A stretch of 64,000 nt of DNA from IMG/VR virus record IMGVR_UViG_3300028423_001099, positions 1 through 64,000 of that record. The stretch is one strand, 5' to 3'. Positions 59,376 through 64,000 of this stretch are shown piece by piece (positions within the stretch are counted from its first letter, which is position 1; the number at the start of each line of letters is the position of its first letter). The notes under the pieces were generated by a model. It saw only the letters and a list, made by a program, of their open reading frames with translations. It did not search any database and was not told where the DNA came from. This DNA is from a virus. The position numbers and the translations under genes are program-made.

Positions 59376-59620
59376 ACTGCCAACATCCTAAACACAATAG
59401 ATCCCACTGTGGCCAACAGCGTGGTTACTGTGACACCCACAATGGCAACAATCCAGCTTTCCAGCTTGTCCAGTCTCTGTTTGGTGTACTGTTTAAACTC
59501 ACGCAACTCTGTGGTGATGTTCTCAATGCGCAACATATCAGCAATGATGTGTGCTTCCACGTTGCCTGATTCAATGTACAATTGAGCCTTGCGTTCAAAT
59601 TCGTTTTGTTTGTCAGACAT
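59372..59620 (-). CDS. small coiled-coil + C-terminal TM protein
   Basis: RLDKLESWIVAIVG hydrophobic tail. Confidence 0.6.
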   Translation of the reverse strand: MSDKQNEFERKAQLYIESGNVEAHIIADMLRIENITTELREFKQYTKQRLDKLESWIVAIVGVTVTTLLATVGSIVFRMLAV

Positions 59621-60027
59621 TATAGTAGATCCTGTTTGGTAAATTCTGTGTTCACAGAGCCAGAAGTGCTAATTGTGCCGCTGTTAAGCACAATGCCATC
59701 TAGTTCGTCAATCAGCGTGCCAACTGTGTGCACGTCTTCTCGTTCAAAAGCAAACTTGAAGATCCATCCGGCGCCTGTGAGACTGGGAGCACCAAAGCTC
59801 TCCAAAACATTGGCACCCACTCCGTTCAAGTATACAGGGTTATTCATGATCACAGGCATAGCACGCAGTGCAATAACCTGCACTACGCTTTCAAAGTCTT
59901 TTTGACTATCATCTGCAAAGTCGCCGGTCTGTGTGATGTCTAACTTGGTGTACAATGTGAAATACTCGATGTTGCCTGTGAGCACTTCCGAGCTTGCCAT
60001 TGCACCTGGTCGATCACTTAAAGCCAT
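59620..60027 (-). CDS. putative virion structural protein
   Basis: Late promoter 60051-60058; GGAG SD; weak similarity to next gene. Confidence 0.6.
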   Translation of the reverse strand: MALSDRPGAMASSEVLTGNIEYFTLYTKLDITQTGDFADDSQKDFESVVQVIALRAMPVIMNNPVYLNGVGANVLESFGAPSLTGAGWIFKFAFEREDVHTVGTLIDELDGIVLNSGTISTSGSVNTEFTKQDLL

Positions 60028-60094
60028 AGTTGAAACTCCGTTATTGCTAGTATTTATCTATATCGGAGATTTCTATGTTGATGCCACAGCCAAG

Positions 60095-60120
60095 AAAAAG
60101 CCCTCCTAGGAGGGCTTTTT
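60095..60120. terminator. bidirectional intrinsic terminator
   Basis: Perfect 26-bp palindrome AAAAAGCCCTCCTAGGAGGGCTTTTT. Confidence 0.85.
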
Positions 60121-60141
60121 GCATTCTAGCAAGGTCTACGT

Positions 60142-60465
60142 TTACAGTGCAACAGCGAACACACCTTGTTGAACGTTTGCGCTGGCAAATTGACCTTGCA
60201 GTGCAGTTTCCAACACGCCTGCGCTTACACCGCCAACTTCTGTGGCAACGTACAAGATATTTGCGTCGTCTGCGTCTGCATCCAAGATCACCAAGTTAGC
60301 AACACTCTGTAGCAGCTGTGATGCAACTTCGCCGTCTTTGGGTTCGCCGTTTGCATGAAAGCCGAAATCACTGATGTCAGTCCCTGCGTCTACCCAAAAA
60401 AATGAAAGATCACCTGACAGAAACTGGTCTGATGCAGCTGATCCATTTACTCTAATCTGTGCCAT
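60142..60465 (-). CDS. putative abundant virion (decoration-like) protein
   Basis: Own late promoter 60513-60520, AGGAG SD and strong terminator; small A/V/G-rich. Confidence 0.6.
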   Translation of the reverse strand: MAQIRVNGSAASDQFLSGDLSFFWVDAGTDISDFGFHANGEPKDGEVASQLLQSVANLVILDADADDANILYVATEVGGVSAGVLETALQGQFASANVQQGVFAVAL

Positions 60466-60542
60466 TGTACTTCTCCTAAATGTTTACTAGGCAAACCTGT
60501 TGCCTTTGCTTTTATTTATCTTTTTTGTTAATTTAGCTGGTG

Positions 60543-60980
60543 CTACTTTTTGGTAGCTTTGGTGAATTTGTCGCCAATTTTTTCGCCACGTTGCCAGGCT
60601 TTTTGCATAGTGCCTAGTGCGCCCTTGAATTGCTTGCCTCCGGCGTCAACAGCGCCCTTGAATTTGCTATCTTTGGGTACAGTCTTTTTTTGCTGGGGTT
60701 CAGCAGCTTGCATGGCATCTTGATACTCTTTGTCTCTGATTGCTTGCATTTTTTTACGCTGTTTTTCAATTTTCTTGCGTTCTTTTTCAGACTTTTTTTC
60801 GAGGTCTTTGCGTGCAAGGCGCTCAGCTGCTCTTTGTGCACTGTCAACTGTGGTGTGAGCTCGATTGTATCTTGTCTGCTGAAAATATTTTGCTGCAGGA
60901 TCGTTGGTTGCCACAAGGCTTCTGTACACTGCCTCTGCTTCTCCTTGATCTACCTCTTCAAATAATTCTTGAATCTTCAT
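60543..60980 (-). CDS. putative head protein, basic C-terminus
   Basis: MKIQELFEE leader; late promoter 61006-61013. Confidence 0.6.
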   Translation of the reverse strand: MKIQELFEEVDQGEAEAVYRSLVATNDPAAKYFQQTRYNRAHTTVDSAQRAAERLARKDLEKKSEKERKKIEKQRKKMQAIRDKEYQDAMQAAEPQQKKTVPKDSKFKGAVDAGGKQFKGALGTMQKAWQRGEKIGDKFTKATKK

Positions 60981-61004
60981 GGATATACCACCTGTGATTT
61001 ACAA

Positions 61005-61697
61005 CTATTTATCAGTGTTGTTTGCTGTTGAAAGCAGTGGCTTGATGCCATATTTGACCAACTCGGCTCGTCTTGAACCTCCGGTGGTAATCCTCATCAT
61101 CTCAGTGTTTACCCGTTTGAAGAAAGACATTTTTTCCTTGTGGGCCATGGTGTGCCAGGTTATGGCCATGCGCCTGAGAGTCTTGTATCGTGGATTGCGT
61201 ATCTTGAGCTGTGTTTCCAATCTATATAGATAGCTTACTGCAAGCCCCGTGGTATCATCACCTGTGGCAATGCGTCTGAGAAAATCCACATGCTGACGAC
61301 GATTAAAGCTCAAAGAGTCCAAGAAATCTCTGCTGTCGGTGTGTTTTCTAAGACTTATCTGACTGCTGTGATCTACCAGTGCAGTATAAGCCAACAGATA
61401 GATGTCGGTGGCAAAAGTCCTAAACAAGGAGTAGGTGCCATACTGTATAGTGCGATAAGCATAGTCTCTGGCATACTGTTCGGTGTTTTGTTCTTGTGCT
61501 AACACATACAACAACATGGTGTGTATGAACAAGAGATCAGCAATATCTCTGCCTGAGAGTATGCCAAAACTGCGAGTGCTACGATACAACAATGCTTCGC
61601 ACAACTCGGTGTCAATAAGTTGAAAACGGTTGCTACTGCCTAGCACCTGTTTGCGAATGTCAGAGAAGCTATTGTTCATATCATTGCTCTGGGTCAT
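61005..61697 (-). CDS. conserved phage hypothetical (virion) protein
   Basis: ELCEA.LYR...YA..T..YG.Y..FR...TD.Y motif. Confidence 0.6.
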   Translation of the reverse strand: MTQSNDMNNSFSDIRKQVLGSSNRFQLIDTELCEALLYRSTRSFGILSGRDIADLLFIHTMLLYVLAQEQNTEQYARDYAYRTIQYGTYSLFRTFATDIYLLAYTALVDHSSQISLRKHTDSRDFLDSLSFNRRQHVDFLRRIATGDDTTGLAVSYLYRLETQLKIRNPRYKTLRRMAITWHTMAHKEKMSFFKRVNTEMMRITTGGSRRAELVKYGIKPLLSTANNTDK

Positions 61698-62434
61698 AGC
61701 TTGATTCCAAATAGTTGTTCATAGTCTTCTTGGTATTCACTACCACGAATGGCTGGTTCTCCTTCTGGGAACCTCTCTTCTAAGACACGTAGGGCATACA
61801 GATAGCTATACCATGCACTTGTTGCAATGGCTGGTTCGCCTTGGGGGAATCTCTCACTGAGGACATGTTTGGCATACCCGAAGCTATACTCTGCATCCCC
61901 AGCAATAGCTGGTTCTCCTTCTGGGAATCTCGCACCGAGGACATCTTCGGCATACCCGAGGCTATACCGTGCATCGTCAGCAATAGCTGGTTCTCCTTCT
62001 GGGAATCTCTCACCGAGGACATTTCTGGCATACAGATAGCTATACCGTGCATCGCCAGCTATGGCTGGTTCGCCTTCTGGGAATCTCGCTTCTAGGACAT
62101 CCAGGACATACCGATAGCTATGCCCTGCGCTCTCAGCTATGGCTGGTTCTCCTTCTGGGAATCTCCCACCGAGGACATTTCTGGCATACAGAAAGCTATA
62201 CGCTGCATCCCCAGCTATGGCTGGTTCGCCAGCTGGGAATCTTCCTTCCACAACACCTTCGGCATACCGATAGCTATACTTTGCATCTTCAGCTATGGCT
62301 GGTTCGCCAGCTGGGAATCTTCCTTCCACAACACCTTCGGCATACCGATAGCTATACTTTGCATCTTCAGCTATGGCTGGTTCTCCTGCTTGGAATCTCC
62401 CATGGAGGACTTGTCTGGCATACCGATAGCTATT
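61694..62434 (-). repeat. cassette A: nine tandem 78-bp units encoding 26-aa repeats (SYxYAxxVLxxRFPxGEPAIAxxAxY) ending RGSEYQEDYEQLFGIKL*
   Basis: Open frame with 78-nt periodicity; no credible own start; +1 frame relative to gene 62430-63224. Confidence 0.9.
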
Positions 62435-63224
62435 GCTTGTGTTCTGGAAATCCACTGAGGAAATCAATATCTCTACTTTCAATAGGGTCATCTTGTTCAT
62501 CCATAAATTGACCCGATTCATAATGCAGCAAGAACTTTCTGGGATTTTCCTTGAACAAGTCCACACTGATCTGATATACTGTGCCATCTTTAGAATAACT
62601 ATCAAACCGTTCGCCACGTCCGGTGGTTGTGCACCATTCAATCGAGTCCTTGTCGGTGTTAAGCCAGGCAAGATAGTTCATGGCGGCTTGGCTTTTGGGC
62701 ACATGAACCCTGTACCTGCTGCCGTCAATGATGGCTTCTATCTCGCCTTCTCGATAATCAGCTTCTTTGTTGCGTTTACGTTCCTGCCGTGCACTAGTAG
62801 GAGCGTCTGCCTGTTGCAGTGGTTGCACTGCTCGACGAATATCACTGAGCCGCTTGTACTGATTGATGTCTTTGATTTCCAGACGATTTTGATATTGCTG
62901 AAATCCGCTCAGTGTCTGAAAAACAGCTTCACGATCTTCCACACTAAAATCGCCATCGATATATCTGTCAACTATCCAGTTTAAATATTTGCTATATTCA
63001 GTAGGATCAAAATCAGCAATGGCTCGCAACACTGGCTCTGCGGGATGAGATTCGGGATCTTCCTGATTATTGCTGGCCACAGTGCTGTCTACATCTGCAG
63101 CACGATCTGCCTGTGCAGCTTGTAACAGTTTGTCCATCTTCTGTTTGTTTTTGAGAATACCTTGAACTTTGGTCTCTGCATACTCAAGAAGAAGGTGTCC
63201 TCCTATGATCTCAAATATTTTCAT
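62430..63224 (-). CDS. phage protein with KDINQY and WCT...F..Y domain (putative internal/virion protein)
   Basis: MKIFEII leader; late promoter 63255-63262; DP...KY..W, KDINQYK, WCT, QFMDEQD. Confidence 0.7.
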   Translation of the reverse strand: MKIFEIIGGHLLLEYAETKVQGILKNKQKMDKLLQAAQADRAADVDSTVASNNQEDPESHPAEPVLRAIADFDPTEYSKYLNWIVDRYIDGDFSVEDREAVFQTLSGFQQYQNRLEIKDINQYKRLSDIRRAVQPLQQADAPTSARQERKRNKEADYREGEIEAIIDGSRYRVHVPKSQAAMNYLAWLNTDKDSIEWCTTTGRGERFDSYSKDGTVYQISVDLFKENPRKFLLHYESGQFMDEQDDPIESRDIDFLSGFPEHKQ

Positions 63225-63303
63225 AAAATGTTTCCTATATAGTGCTTTACGGTGTATTTATCAAACACTTTAGTAAAACTATTATTCATATCATTGCTCA
63301 GGC

Positions 63304-63576
63304 TCATAACTTGATTCCAACTAGTTCTTCGTAGTCTTCTTGGTATTCACTACCACGGATGGCTGGTTCTCCTTGGGGGAATCTCTCTTCTAGGACATCT
63401 TCGGCATACAGATAGCTATACTCTGCGCTCTCAGCTATGGCTGGTTCTCCTTGGGGGAATCTCTCTTCTAGGACATCTTCGGCATACCGATAGCTATACT
63501 TTGCATCTTCAGCTATGGCTGGTTCTCCTGCTTGGAATCTCCCATGGAGGACTTGTCTGGCATACCGATAGCTATT
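63304..63576 (-). repeat. cassette B: three 78-bp units of the same 26-aa repeat plus the same C-terminal cap (90 codons), start-less
   Basis: Manually translated NSYRYARQVLHG...YEELVGIKL*; 100 bp identical to cassette A. Confidence 0.88.
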
Positions 63577-63585
63577 TCAGGCTCA

Positions 63586-63999
63586 CTATTCATCATCCTT
63601 TGAGAATATTTCCCCATATAACTCATCACGGAGTCTATCAAATGCAGACTCTTCGTGAAAACCGATCCAGCCATCGTGTGGTTCACGGAAACTGAAATTC
63701 CAAATGATTGCTTCCGATATGTCATCGTGTATGGCATCCAAAAAGTCATCAATGTCCTCATGTACATCAAACTCTAAATCAAATTCTCTGAGTGAATAGG
63801 TGATATAGTATTGATCAGCATGTAATATATTATCACCGTCATATCTCAGATATGGTATGTCTTCTAGTGCTGATTTGAAGTGTTTGTGCATGTCATTTTC
63901 GGCACCAACTGCAATCCCTTCAAAGTATGCACTATCCAAAGCACTGACAATTTCATCAATGTTATTGTCATATACAAAATCAAAGATATCTTGTTCACC
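63586..63999 (-). CDS. C-terminal part of an acidic hypothetical protein (continues beyond window)
   Basis: Frame stays open to the window edge (GEQDIFDFVYD...). Confidence 0.65.
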   Translation of the reverse strand, partial: GEQDIFDFVYDNNIDEIVSALDSAYFEGIAVGAENDMHKHFKSALEDIPYLRYDGDNILHADQYYITYSLREFDLEFDVHEDIDDFLDAIHDDISEAIIWNFSFREPHDGWIGFHEESAFDRLRDELYGEIFSKDDE

Positions 64000-64000
64000 A

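Noticed and set aside
62435-62671. N-terminal part of the 325-aa track ORF as a real start for the repeat protein
   Set aside because: It overlaps the 3' end of the better-supported gene 62430-63224 in another frame and looks like shadow sequence; an internal start cannot be fully excluded
61694-63576. CRISPR array interpretation of the 78-bp repeats
   Set aside because: No constant repeat/unique spacer alternation; variation is codon-structured and preserves one reading frame; no cas genes in the window
61694-63576. Diversity-generating retroelement (TR/VR pair)
   Set aside because: No reverse transcriptase in the window, and differences between units are not confined to adenines; cannot be excluded for the rest of the genome
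1006-63770. Numerous short antisense or alternate-frame ORFs in the track
   Set aside because: They lie within well-supported genes, lack SD or promoters and show no motifs
1-64000. Stop-codon reassignment (TAG or TGA) as in some jumbo phages
   Set aside because: Conserved genes (nrdA, nrdB, clpX, sufB) are full length under code 11 and coding density is high; cassette A needs a frame change, not readthrough
1-64000. tRNA, tmRNA or rRNA genes
   Set aside because: No cloverleaf or T-loop pattern found in intergenic gaps by eye; tRNAscan-SE or ARAGORN would be decisive

Overview
This window is a gene-dense segment of a large, T4-like lytic myophage (jumbo-phage type) genome using the standard code. 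No tRNA, rRNA or CRISPR array is evident. The left half carries host-derived auxiliary genes: Fe-S/redox (fpr, sufB, nfuA, sufS, peroxiredoxin), proteostasis/translation (clpS, clpX, hsp20 with a ROSE-like thermometer, def, ribosomal protein bS21), nucleotide metabolism and repair (MazG-like, dCMP deaminase, two QueD, UvsE, nrdA/nrdB/glutaredoxin), and a dispersed set of glycan-modifying enzymes (GTs, four SGNH-like, two sulfotransferase-like, GH6). The right half and 21-29 kb encode late/virion proteins under (GA)TAAATA late promoters, including PAAR, a subtilase, a large tail-type protein, and many proteins sharing MKxxE/MNDMRKL leaders and basic Cys-pair modules. The most unusual features are: (i) two start-less cassettes of hypervariable 78-bp (26-aa) repeats placed directly behind the stop codons of two different genes; (ii) a likely -1 frameshift/slippage at an A9 run; (iii) a fixed TAAATA-N5-start architecture implying leaderless late mRNAs; (iv) a structured late-promoter-driven ncRNA candidate at about 19.74-19.84 kb. 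Product calls come from motif recognition only; no database searches were run.
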